NCBI GenBank assembly: GCA_030704615.1
Contig: CM060732.1
Coordinates: forward strand, 74,958,001-75,022,000
Source of the DNA: Takakia lepidozioides
Taxonomy: Eukaryota > Plantae > Bryophyta
DNA length: 64,000 nt
Reading direction: 5' to 3'
Within the stretch, counting starts at the first letter, position 1; every line of letters begins with the position of its first letter. This document shows, piece by piece, positions 38,916 to 52,200 of the stretch. The position numbers and the translations under genes are program-made. Below the pieces are notes generated by a model. It was given only the letters and a program-made list of their open reading frames with translations, did not search any database and was not told where the DNA came from.

Positions 38916-41831
38916 ATGGGCGTGGGAGGGAAGAGCCCTGGAGGATTGCAGCATCCGCTCGATCACTCGTTGCAGTTCGAGCAATTGGAGCAGCATGAGC
39001 CCGCCGTGGACGTGCTGGACCAATTCTTGAGCATACCCTCCTGGACGGAGATTGGGGGTGTGGGGAGCGGTCCCTGGGACTACACTGCCAGTAATTTCCC
39101 CGCACCGATGCAGATGGGTGCAGCGCAGAAGGGATTCTCCATGTCGTTGATCCCTGGTTTCCGTGGAGGGGCATTGGAGGTGGGGGGAGCTGGTGGAAAT
39201 TGCGTGGAGGTCACTGCCGAGGCAATGCTGCTGGCACGATTGCAGCAGCAGCATGCGGCCATGCAGAAAAATCCCGCCACACCAGCTGACATACTTGTCG
39301 AGGGAGGGAGATCCTCTCCAGATGCGCGCGGGGCCCCCGACATGGCGCAAGGGGCAGCAATCGGAGGTGGCTTGCAGCTGAGTGCGTCGCTGACACGATC
39401 ACAATCAGTGGGGAGAAGTTGTAGCGAGAAGTCTGGGGGCCCGCAGGGGCGGGGTGAGTGCTTGTCCCAGCAACATGTCGCGCCCACCTGGCCCCAAGTG
39501 CCCCCTTTGGCAACACGCATAGCTCAAGCCAAGGCAGAAACTATGTTGCCTGGTGGACAAAGCAACTCCGGCGACCGTCATCTTCTTGGTGAAGGGCAGG
39601 GGGAGGTGGATGACGTATGCTTGCAAGATAACCGCGTTGGATATTCTGTACGTGCCGCATGGCATGCTTGCATACCGAAATTGCAGCCTCAATTCCATTG
39701 CTTCCAGATTGGACTTCAGAATTCCATCAATTCCAATTGTCTCCGGTCTCAATTCCATTTCTTCCTGGTGTAGTTTGGATGGACTTCTGATGCATGTGGG
39801 TTTGGTTCTGTGGGATCTGTAACACTGCAGATCAGCATTCCACACAACTTTGTTCAAGGTCCATAGAAACTAGAGCAAGAAGCAATGGGACGGGTCTCGT
39901 AATTTCCAGAGGTGTTGGCCAAAGCCCTGTAACCAGCCCGGTGGTCCATTGTCGTTTGTAGTTTTCTTGATGAAGACCTGCAACGGTGCCTTTTTGCTCA
40001 ACGAAATGGTGTTTTTGGCTGATTGCAGGGTGGTGGCCAGACAGAGTCACAGCTAAGGCAAGGGTATGGAGGACAGGAAAGCTGCATGCAGTTGCCAGAG
40101 GGGATTCCCGGTGGTCTTGGAGGAGGTTTAAGACCTCGTGTGCGTGCTCGTCGTGGTCACGCTACTGATCCACATAGTATTGCGGAGCGGGTTCGTTCAT
40201 TTTCCATGGGCCCCTGCAATGAGTACTTCCTTCTAGGGTCCACAGGAAGGTTGTCACAAGTTCTTTGTTTGCAGGAGGGCTGCTAGCAGTAGGCTAGGCC
40301 CTCTTTACTTTTCTTTGAAATCCTGCTTTCATTTCTACAATGTGTGGGGATTCCCTTTTCTGCCACCTAGACTGAGCTTGCATGTGGAGCATGTCGGTAG
40401 TGTGCCTAGGCTTCTGGAGTCAGTTGTGAGGATGTTAGTTAGTAATGCCAACATTGGGAAGCACTCTTATGGTGCTGGAGTGGATGGCAGCTGCGAAGAG
40501 AACGGATCGCTGAGCGCCTGAAAGCACTGCAGGAGCTTGTTCCCAACTGCAACAAGGTCTGCCAGACACACCTTGATGCATTGATGTTAACTCCTACTGC
40601 AAGGCAATTGGGATCGGTAGTTGATGGGATCCAATCTGACAGGAACATGGTGTTATCTTATGGGATATCGGCACCAGTTTAAGAGGTGCAATCTTAAGTC
40701 AAGTGATTCACCAGGGTATCATTGAAGTAGTCCTTTCAATTCATGGCAGTCAATCTTCTGACGAAATCAGTCACTCTCTCGGGTATGATGGCAAGTTTTA
40801 TGGCTATTTGCATCTTATTTGTTGGCTCCATTCACATGCAGACAGACAAGGCATCAATGCTTGGGGAGATCATCGACTATGTAAAGTTTCTGCAAATTCA
40901 AGTGAAGGTCAGGTCGTTTTCTCTCTCCAGTGGACATCTCATTGGTTGAGGATGGTTTTGTAGATAAACGTTACTCGTTGACACCAAGAGTAACAGTGGT
41001 GCTATCTGGCAGTGTAGTAGTGTGAATCTAGTGGTAGCCTCAAGGTGTTTCTTTCTCCTACTGTTCAGTAGAACATAGCTCACAGAGGTGGCGGTTAATC
41101 TCGATTATGCTTCTGGGAAACAGATACTGGGTCTCATAGTGGGGATGGGTGGGCAGGGTCTGAGCATGAGTCGTCTTGGAGGCGCTGCATTGGCTGACCT
41201 CCCATCCGAGGTACATGTTTCCCTCCTTGTGGTGTCCCCAAGCTTGCCCATGGCTGAGCCCTGCACTACTCTCAGGAGTTCTGTTCTTTGACATTGTGCT
41301 CTAAACACTGACCATCTCTGTTGGGATGATACTGTATTTTTCCTTGGTAGCAATCTGTGACACAAGAACTTATGTGACACTGTGTTACTGGTTGCTGGCA
41401 CATAGGGCCAGAAGAAGTATGCGGTAGCAATACTAAGCTCCACCACTGGGGCAGCAGGTCCAGTGCAAGAGGCTCTTGCACTGACAGAGCACCAAGCAGC
41501 ACTTTTGATCGAGGATGACATGGGGCAAGCCCTGCAGCATCTGTTGGCCAGGGGCATGGTTCTTATGCCGGTTTCCCTGGCCACTGCCATATCCACCCAC
41601 AACAACTCCCATCCTCCAGGAGGCTCACAATCCGCAGCAAAGGGAGATGGTAACAGACAGTGGCTGAGTGCTGTGGGAGCTGACAGGCTTGCTAGTTATG
41701 GGCCAGACAACATTGTCCCATCGATGGCTGGCAGAAGCAGTAAGGATATCAGGGAGGCTGAGACAGCTCATGCTGCCACAGGAGCTTCAGAAGGGGAGAA
41801 GAGTGATAATTGTCCAGGGGGAAGTGAATGA
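38916..41831 (+). CDS. LRL: LRL-class (subfamily XI) bHLH transcription factor
   Basis: [20 protein letters not shown] | [22 protein letters not shown] | [22 protein letters not shown] | [11 protein letters not shown], and LRL domain [37 protein letters not shown]. Start codon and exon-1 donor are uncertain. Confidence 0.88.
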
Positions 41832-42788
41832 TTCTGCAGGCTTGTGTTGTCTGAGTCAGGTGTATTTCCCTCTGCATTTTGTATTTTGGAATCACATTTG
41901 ATGGTGGAGTCGTTCTAATATTTCATGGCGTCCATGACTTCACCTGGGCAATGCCCAACTCATCTAAGGTATCTCTGGTCTGGACCAATGTTGCGCAGGG
42001 ATATGGTTAATGGTCTTGCACAGTGATGGGGCAGTGATGGGGCCCAGAAGGCTACCCTAGTTCTTCCAAACCCTGCCAATTGCTTTCAAAGGATAATGGA
42101 GAAAATACGAACCAAATATTTGAGTGCAACCCATCAGGTTGATGTGTTCTTTCTTTGCCTAAGTTCCTGCCCTTCTATGTAGGGGGACTAATGTTGATGA
42201 GGGATTACACACAGAAGAGCTTTGCAGCAGCCTGCTATGGATTCAAGGACCAAGAGCCTTACTTGAGGGGTGAGAAGAGAAGCCTGCAACTGAAAGCAAA
42301 TCCTTGACTTTCATGAGTGCAGAAAGGCTTTACATTCCCATTTAAGCTGTAACACAGCACAGTTTCTCTTTCCCAACATCATGTTTGTTACATCCTGCAC
42401 CACCCTCCTCACCCTACTCCTCAAACTCATAGGATATCACAAATCCTCTACACTGAAGAACTTAGAATCAACCCAATGGGCAGTCCCGAAAAGGTGGGAA
42501 TTGCTTGCAATTACTATTCCCAGAGATGTACTTTAAGTTCAAGGAGAAATGTCAGTTGCACTGAATTAGTTCATGTGGAACCTGGCTACTCATCATAGTT
42601 GCCGCCTTCCAATCACCCCTGGAGTGGGTGTCGTATCTTGCACCCAGATATGTAAAACGAGGAGACGGGGAAGGTTATAAAAATCATACAGGAAGGACTG
42701 ATTCCATTAATTGGCAGACACCACATCTCCGCATACCTGCAGTTGTAGTGCGCAGCTCCTTGCCAGAGAGAGGCTCAAGCACATTCCA

Positions 42789-45468
42789 CTAGACCACTGT
42801 TGATGCATCCTGTTGCCGGGCATCCTCTCCTGTGTCTGCCCCCTCTAACGGCACCAAGTGTTGTCTGGATTGTTGTTCCAGCAATCTGTAGGTCGCCTCA
42901 TTTGGGAGGACATTATCAGCTTCCATACGCTGCAGAAACCCACCAGCAGGCACCTGGGCGGACACGTACGTCTTCAACAGAATATTATACACCCTGGTAT
43001 CTATTTTTGGATATGCTTTCTTCAGATCCTGGAAGTGCTTCTCTGCACCCACAACATTACCTTTCTGTGCATAGGCATCCAGGATTGCAAGCCTGGTCTC
43101 TATCCATGGTTTGGTGCGACTGTGGGTGGTATCCCCCTTAGCTTGTTGTAAAGCCTCTAGGGCTTTATCCAGCTGGTCATTCTTCAAGTATCCTATTACC
43201 AAATGGTGAAATGTTATCGCATTTCTTTTCCGTCCTGTTTTGACCATTTGTTCAATGAGCTTCTCTGCTTTGTCAGCCATCCCTTGCCGAGTGTACACAC
43301 TAAGCATTGCATTAAACTGGCGGGTCAACACTAACCCCTTCTCCTTTTCCATCTCTCCATAGATCTGCTCGCCGCGCTCAACGTTTCCTAGCTTCCCAAA
43401 AGCCTCAATTGCTGTGACATAACTCCTGTTTGAAACAACCGGAAAGCTTTTTATTTTTTCCCAAACCCTTTCTACACCATCAGCATCTCCAATAGTACCA
43501 TACTGTGCCATAAGGATATCGTACGTTTGGCGCTTTCGGTCGAAAGGCCCTTCTTCCATCTTCTTCAGGTAATCCCGGGCCTTGTCAAGTTGGCCAGCAT
43601 GGACATAGGCAGTTGCAAGAGTGCCATAGGTAGCAGCATCCGGCTTCACTCCCTGGTCAGCCATCAACTCCTCAAAGATCTGCTCCATCCCTGGAACATC
43701 CCCATTCCGGGCTTTCATATCCATCAGAATATTATACGTGTAGCTATCACGTGCAATCCCCGCCCCCTTCATCTGGTCCAGCACCCTTGGAATCCTATCT
43801 TCCAGATCTTTGCGCTTATACAGCAACAGCATCTGGTTGAAAGCAAAGGGAAGGGTTAGTAGGCCAGATTCTGAGAGCTTAGCCATGAGAGCTTCAGCCT
43901 TATCGGACATCCGAAAATCGACATAGTTTTTCAATAGAGTGTGGTAAGCAAGCTCATTCTTGAACTCTGGGGGAGAATTTTCAAACAACTGTTCTGCAAC
44001 CCCAAACTGTCGCATCTTGGCTTTGAGGTCAATGCGCGTAATGTTGTCTATTGCCTCCCACTTCATATCTTTCTCTTGTGCCAACCAGTCAGATATCTGC
44101 AACAAGACACAGGAAACCAGCATGACATTCTCACATCACTGCTCGACTAGATGCAACTTTGATCTTCATGGATACATGCAATATATTAATGCATACGAAT
44201 GTAGATATATACATGGGGTTCAATGAGCCATAGGAGACTAAAAATGTTGCAGCAATGGGAGACTGACCAGTAACATGTGCACACACACACACAGAGCTCA
44301 CCTCCATTGCTTGCCTGTAGCGGGTGCGCCTTCTGAGCCTAACTAAGCTAGTTATTAGTGTGCTTTTATTGAGGGTGTTCCCTTCTGCCAGCCATTGATT
44401 TATAAGAGGGACAACTGATCCCTGCTTCGCCTTCTCTATCTTTTTCCACAAACCAGTGAAACCTTTTGTACCCTTAGTTCCCTCCTCCTCCTCCAAGCTT
44501 TCGACGTCAGGCTCTTCTTCTTCGCCTAAGACCTCCTCAAGTAGGATAGATGCCTCAGATTTGCCCAGGTCAACTCTCCCCTCCTCTGGGGAAGCTTCCA
44601 CTGCTTTTGTTTCAACTGCATGGGGTTCTTCTATTTTCACCTCTTCCACCCCATTCTTTGGTAAGGCTTCGGACGAGAATGCTCTAGGGAGAGCACCATC
44701 CCGCACCCACCACCCACCAACTGGATCACCTTGAACACAAACAGTGCCTCCAATCTGGGCTGATGTGATCTGGTGTAGATGCACATTCCTCAGCTCTCTT
44801 TGCTGAGCTATCCCATAAACAATTTCGTCGAGGGACCCCTGGCCTTTACACCCAGTGGATGGCAGGTCGCCTCCAGTGACTGTCGGGGCTATTACTGCTA
44901 GTTGGTTGTTCTCAGCCTTATCAAAAGTGTTCAGAAGGTGTCCACGGTCTTTCCACAGTCTCACCACTCTGAAATACCACATAATGAACAGTGGGTATAC
45001 ATACGCGGACACATCCTCTGATTGAACTCCCATCACAATTTATTTGCAATTTATTTGCATACAAGACAAGCCAAAGTTGTAGTTACTCCACAGACATTAT
45101 GCCCTATTTTGCCTCGCCATCCCTCAAAATCCCAGATTTCTCCCTTACTCTCAACCCCTCTCTGTTGTTCTTCTCCTGCAAATTATCCGTGGCATTTCTT
45201 CCCTTCCATCTGCCTAATAAACCAACCCAAGCCGGAGTATGTAGGACAATCCCTCAAGCATAGCTCCCGACAATCCTGTTCCAAGGAACTGAGAATCGAT
45301 GTATGCATATACATTTTCTTCATACTAGACAGCATGGGGTTGATTTCGGCACTGCTGTTCTGGCTCTCCGAGAGGCAGGGACAGAAGTGTGCCATTTAGG
45401 ATAGTAGCCGTGGTAATTTTGGTACTGGGTAGATGGATGGACCACAACCAGTGCTGTCAACAAGGCCG

Positions 45469-45502
<34 letters not shown>

Positions 45503-45584
45503 TGTGTGTGTGTGTGTGTGTGTGTGCCAGAAGCTCTAACCGTGGCAAGTAAGCAGACCGTACTCCGATCCAGACTCTCGACAT
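42789..45584 (-). CDS. P-class PPR protein, probably mitochondrial (PPR596/At1g80270-like architecture)
   Basis: Exons 45584-45541, 44968-44302 and 44096-42789 splice in frame. R-rich N-terminus, RRRTRYRQAME|ISDW, tandem 35-aa P repeats. Confidence 0.85.
45471..45526. repeat. Compound microsatellite (AG)n(TG)n
   Basis: Direct reading; lies in intron 1 of the P-PPR gene. Confidence 0.95.
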
Positions 45585-46212
45585 GGCCTGCGTGAAGCAC
45601 TATCTGCATTCCATCACCCATACATTTTAAGTCAAAACGGGAATATTTCAGAACTTCTTACAGTACCCGAGAAAAAGTTTTTGGTAGACAGGGTTGAAGC
45701 ATCAATGCACAAGACATAGCCCTACTGTTGCAACAATGCAGAGCGGGTAACCAGTTTGTAAGAATAAACCCCTTGGACATCAACCTTCTACCACCTGAAA
45801 CGATGTGAAGCTCAACGGAAAGGACCCATTGGGATTACGCACGCATGGAGCTGTAGATTATCGACGGCTATTTCCGAAGCGGCTTTCAACAACAGCCTTT
45901 CTACAAACTGAACTGAGAAACTCACATTCAGTAAGAAGCGACCCACCGCGGCTGAAATTCGAACGCTTCCGGAAGTTGCTGAGCGATGGGGATCATGGAG
46001 ACGTTGACAGGAAATTCAAAACTAGCAATCCATGAATTGACCCAGAAAGGAAGAGACAAAATGGGAAACGTTGGGGGAGGGTGGCGGCGGGATGCATGAG
46101 AGACGTCAGTGGATGATAATAGTCTTGTAAAACCCTAGCTGGTGCTCACAGTGTGCATAAACCCTTGTCGAGGTTAAGACCGTGTTGCTGTGCTTTCACC
46201 TAGTTCGCAGCG
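45585..46212. promoter_or_regulatory. Probable bidirectional promoter between the P-PPR gene and HisHF
   Basis: Divergent start codons about 630 bp apart; telo-box-like AAACCCTA at ~46130. Confidence 0.5.
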
Positions 46213-49200
46213 ATGGCGTCTCTGGGCGTGCGCTCGCCTGCTGGAGCAGGCTGCCGCTATCACACATGGGCGCCACATCCCGCCTCTTTTGTAGCCAGGT
46301 CGCTGCGCATGCCGGGAACTCACACTCCGATGCCGCAGCTACGTGGTGGTCGATGCACGATGGCTGTGGTGAAGGAAGGCAACGAAGATGCTGATGATAA
46401 TGGTGGGTTCTGTCGTTATTGGGTAGTTTTGGAATTCGATGCCAGAGAGATGCAGGGTGTAAGATCAGGGTAGAAGAGGCAGCTCAAATCAAAATTAGGA
46501 TGCACAATTCAGCAATTGCACCTGTTTCAGTAGACATGCTGTTTGAGCCAAGAGAATTGCGGTTGTGCCTAGAGTGTTCTGGTAGAGGTCAGGCATTGAC
46601 AATAGGACTTGCCACATCAAGGTTTTTCGCTGCGGGGAAGGTGCAGAGGTGACATTACTGGATTATGGAGCTGGCAATGTGCGCAGCATCAGAAATGCCA
46701 TCCATCTATTGGGTTTTCGTATCCGCGATGTACGTACTCGTCTATACCTTTCGATGTCTGATCATACCTAGGAATTATGTTTTTGCAATGACATGCTTGC
46801 AATTACTGGTTGAACTGTTGGGACGGAGGCAATGGAGGATTCATAAGAAGTCTAATTTTTAACTTGTGTCTACACTTTTCTCCATGTCTTTATCTCACCC
46901 GTCTCTGCAGCTCACATGTATTGACGTATTGTCTTTCTTATTTCCTAGCAGATGCGTTGGTCAATTGGTACTATTGGTGTCGAGTTCTTTTGGCTAGTGG
47001 CCTATGCAGCAGCCTTTGTGAAGGATATCTTCATATCTTGTACTCTGCTTGTGGATTTGCAGGTTACAGGGCCTGAAGACATAGTAAATGCAAGGCGGAT
47101 AGTTTTCCCTGGAGTAGGAGCTTTCAAGACTGCCATGGATTTCTTAATTGCAAAGGGGTAAATTCAGATTGTCCAGGAGTTGTTTTGGTTTTGACGAAGG
47201 AGTAAGTGAAATTGTCCTGTTTTAGGTCTTAATTGCAAGGAGTTTGGGTATCCCTGGGTTTATGTTTCAAGAATTTGTCATGCTGATGACAGAAAAGAAG
47301 GGTAGGTGAATGAATTTGGTATGCTGGATTGGCCACGGGGATGTTGACATCTATATGCTTGTGTACCAGGTTGGCAGAGCCATTGTGCACTTACATAAAG
47401 GAAGATCGTCCTTTTCTTGGCATCTGCCTTGGTTTGCAACTTCTTTTTCAGTACAGTGAGGAGAAAGGGCATGGTAAAGCTCCTCCTATCTTCTGAGTTG
47501 CACCTAATTCCCATTCCGCATGGAAAATGATATTGTTTTAGTCCTTCTGATTTTGCTTACTACCAGTATGTGAAAGTATTTATATATCCTATCATTGTGC
47601 TCTGTCTGTAGTTTGCTAAGCAGACCATAGACAAGTAGTAACAGGGGGTGGGACTTGCCTGCAGTGGATGGGCTTGGGATAATACCGGGTGCCATAGCAC
47701 GCTTTGGATCAGAATCAGGGCTGCGAGTGCCACACATTGGCTGGAATGGGCTGCATTTGCAGCAGCCGTCCACGTTGTTGGAAGGTGTCAACGGTCAACA
47801 TGTCTATTTTGTGCACTCTTATCGAGCTGTGCCTGTATGTTGTAAACTTCCTTTCTTCACTTTCACACGGGACTTAGGTGCTTTAGAAATTTCAACAAGT
47901 CCTGTACAATGCAATGTGAAGGTATCAACGTGGGACGACCCTTTTGGGGGGGGTGTTTGCAGTGTGAAAAGAATAAGGAGTGGGTGCTTGCAACCAGCGT
48001 GTACGGGGGCGATTTCATTGCAGCTATCTGCAAAGGGAATGTGTATGCAGTACAGTTCCACCCAGAGAAGAGTGGTGGTAGTTTGCATTGCTTATCTGAG
48101 TCAGATTTGACTGCATCCTGAGTCAACGATCTAGGCGTGTTTGTGCAACTTATCACAGACACATGCACATGCACAGAAATTTGTTATCTGCTATCTGACA
48201 TTTGACTTGTCTCACCCATCAGACATCCACTGCAGCCTGCATATTTAGGTTGCAGTTTTGATCAGATGTTCTTGTGTCAGTGTAATTGGGAGCCAGGGAT
48301 GGGCCATGGTTTAATTTCTCATCAAGAGTCTGATGTGCCTGCAGTTATTGGTGTGGATATCCTCCGAAGATTTTTGAATGGAGGTCATTCAAAAGAAGCA
48401 GAGGTATGCAGCACTCTCAATTTTGCTTACCCTTGCCTTGCAAGTTATTGGTGTGAGATTTCCTGGAAGGAATCCTGGGTGTTACATGCAGGGAGCTGGC
48501 ATTTCTTTCTTTCTTTTCTTCTCATGTGGATTTCATGATGTGAATTCAGTAGAGAGGATACACCTACGAATGATGCCTTCAGGCCAATCAGTACCACCCC
48601 ATCACCCTGATTTCTAGGCTCAATGCCTACAACAGATTCCATCATGCCAGATTCATATGCTTTTTCTATGTCTGGAATGAGGACCCCACTAAGTTTGTCC
48701 TCCCTACACAATCTGGCTGAGGGTTAAAATGTGTTGGCCATATCTCCCACCATGTCTAAAGCTGACTTAAGCCTCATGCATTGCTTTACTTCCCTTCAAA
48801 ATCCCAAGCAAGCAATCATTCTGCATTAGGAACACAGGATACCTAGACAAAGTAATGCCACAATAGCTACTTGTGTTTTTCGAGCCCAAGAGAGACAGAC
48901 TAACGGTGTGAAAAAAATTTGTTGACTCTCTCTCGCAAACATTGGCTGACATTTTTTTTGCCCGTTGACAAGCCAGTTGTAGGAGACACAAGGTTGATGG
49001 AAGGGTGTATTGACATTTATTTGACATCATGATGGAATAATAATGCTAAAACTCCAGCCCTCTAACTTGTGAGATATGGGTGACTTTGCCTGCTGTAGCA
49101 TTGTGTCCTAGACCCCATGCACAGTCTGCATGGAGAAAACCAGGATGTCTATCAACTTTCTAGATGTCTATGAAGGTGGAGAGGATCTATTTGCTTACAA

Positions 49201-52200
49201 AGCGTAGTCTACAATGTCAACAGGACGCGGCACTACTGGCGAGGCAGCCTTGCAGAAAGCCAGCGTCTGCTCTTGCAAAACGGGTGAGACATGCCAACTC
49301 TTAGTAGTCTAGGATGGGTTATGCACATGGATGGAAGCTCGTAGGTAGGCTTGAATTTCGCAACAGAGTTGTTTGCCTGCATAGTGCCAAAACTTCACCT
49401 GATACAGCAGTTATGAATTGCAGGTGATAGCTTGCCTTGATGTGCGTAGCAATGATAGGGGAGATCTGGTAGTCACCAAAGGTGACCAGTATGATGTGCG
49501 GGAGCACACTGCTGAGCGAGAGGTGATTTCTCCACTGTTTTTCACCCTAGCTCTGTCACTGATAAAATATTACTACCGTGGATTGAATGATGTTTTTGCT
49601 TGAGCTGCTTTGTTTGAGTTAGGATTGAGAATCAAAGTGGTTGGGAGTGGTGGAAATTCTGGCAGGGTACTACACTGGTAGTGAGAATCTCATATGGTTT
49701 CAGTCAAGGTTTCTTCTATGAAGTTGTTTGCTATTGCATTAATGGTATTTGTTGTGTGGTGATGTAAACTCTTGCAGGTACGAAACCTAGGGAAGCCTGT
49801 GGAACTTGCACGCCGTTACTTCAAGGATGGAGCTGATGAAGTGAGTTCGTCTATCTGTCACTACCCTCTTTCTTAATATCAAATTGGTGTTAGTGCTCGT
49901 GTTGGTGTGGGCACTGACTGGTGAGGTCCATCGCGACAGCTCATGACGAGCACACTATGATCAAGTCTACAGACCCATTTGACTTGTCATTGTTGCCTGC
50001 AGCCTTTGAATTTGATTCAAGACCTCTAAACACCAATTTTCTGCAGTATAACACCAGAGCATTAATTAGTCTCCCTTCCCGGGAGACAAACATCTGCTTC
50101 TCTCTGTAGTCCAACAGGCATTCACCTTTTTGTCTCCATTGTCCCACCATTGACTGGGTCGGAAAAGTGTTCATTCCAAAGCTTCTCCTCATCTCTGTTA
50201 TCTGTTTTTGGATACTTTCCTGCTGCCACATCGGCAGTAACTTGTCAAAGTCACTCCAAACCACCACAGATCCACCCAACGAGCTAACTTACAGAATTCA
50301 ATATGCATCTCAGGGCCAGGTCTGATGAGAGGGCAAAACAGGCTGAAATAGGTTGAAGAAGAAGGTGCCCTCACCAAATTGTCCTTGACCTTTTGTCATG
50401 ACCCATGGAGAATTTAACGACCATCAACCCAAAAGGACCTCTGTTGTGTGCTGCTTGTGTCTGTAGTCAGGTAATGTCAGATTGGTCTGTGAGAACCACC
50501 ACGGTGCAGCTGAGCAGGCAGAGATTGAAACACGGCCTGCTAAGACCAAGCTGACTCTCCCAAGAACCTTGTAAACATCAGGAAGAATACCAAATCATGG
50601 TACTAACAGGAGCAAAGAGCCCACATTTGCAGGATGGACAAACTTCTTCACATCGTACATTAAGAAAAAGCCATACCTTGCGATTGTGGTTGTCCCACAA
50701 TCGTGAAGGATCTTTAAAAACCTAATGCCAGCTCTGCTCCGTGCTCCAAGGTAGAGGTTTGTGCTCGAAAATCCGACAGCATCAACATTTTGACAAGGTC
50801 CTTTACTGAGGGGTGCTAGTGATCTTTCAACAACATTCATGCAAGTTGTTTTGGGCTCTACACGATGAGGAACAACGAACATGTCCAGATTTACACAGAT
50901 GCTCACCCAGCTTATGTTTGCAGTCCGGAGATTGTAGAGTGGTCTCCGAAAACAACCAGGGAGGAAGGCGCTGAGCAGCCAGAGTCTTTTACCCTGGATC
51001 TTGGCATTTAACCCTTAAACGACGATGCGACCCATTTCGGGTTGCGCTGGTGAGAGCTGCTGACACTGCTACACGGAGGTTCTTCTCCTGGAGACACCTA
51101 CATATATAGTCGGATTTTGACCACAATCCATTCAACCTTATTTGACTAGTGGGGGGACTGGGGCTTTTCAGGAGTTGAGAAGATGCCAGTTGGTCAGTGA
51201 CTTACTGAAACTGCATCTCTCTGCACTGCAGGTGACATTTTTAAATATCACAGGCTTTCGTGATTTTCCTCTGGGCGATATCCCCATGCTTGAGGTATGT
51301 ATACAATGTACTAGGGCAGATGTCTGTTTTTGGTTGATATCTTGCAACAGTATACAGTGGCTAGGTAGCTAATCGTGGAAAGAGGGGCAGGTGCTACGGC
51401 AGGCATCAGAAAAGGTGTTTGTACCACTCACAGTGGGGGGTGGCATTGATGACTTCACTGATTCCGATGGCAGGTTTGCTCTTTCTCTCTCCAAGCCTGA
51501 TCCTTCTTCATGTTTGACAGTAATTGTTCTGCACATTTTTCAGAGAATTCCATATCTCAAAAGGCTCTTTTTGCATATGGCTTGATTACCTTCTGTAAGT
51601 GTGCAGGCTGACTAGACAGTTGTGCAAGCGTGCGAAACAAGGACAGTGTTATGAGAAGGTGGAAGCATGTCATGAACAGGTTTTATTCAAGTCTGGAAGT
51701 AGCGGCAGAGTACTTCAGATCAGGGGCTGATAAAATTTCAATTGGAAGCGCCGCAGTCTATGCTGCTGAGGACTACCTCCGCACTGGGGTAGGTTGCGTC
51801 TGTTGCCTTCATCAGTGATGGTATTGTATGAACACCCACTGCTAGAAAGGAGATGCCATGAGAGATCTTGGTGTTGCCGGACCTTGTGGATATTTCTATG
51901 TGGCCTTTTCTCTATTTGTGCTCAATGGCCACATGGCTACGGCAAACGTCGTCTTATGAGTACATTCTCTATTTGTGCAGTCTATTGCATTCAGGCTAAC
52001 TGCATTCACAGATGCACCTACTAAGTATGCCAAAGGTTGTTTTCTTGTCCAACCCCTTACTTTCTAGGTTGGTTACTAACCTGTCCCCTTTTCCAGATAA
52101 AAACTGGGAAAAGCAGCCTGGAACAAATTTCTTGTATCTATGGAAATCAGGTGAGTCCTCTGTTCACTACTGGTTGGATCATTCGATATTTTGATGGACA

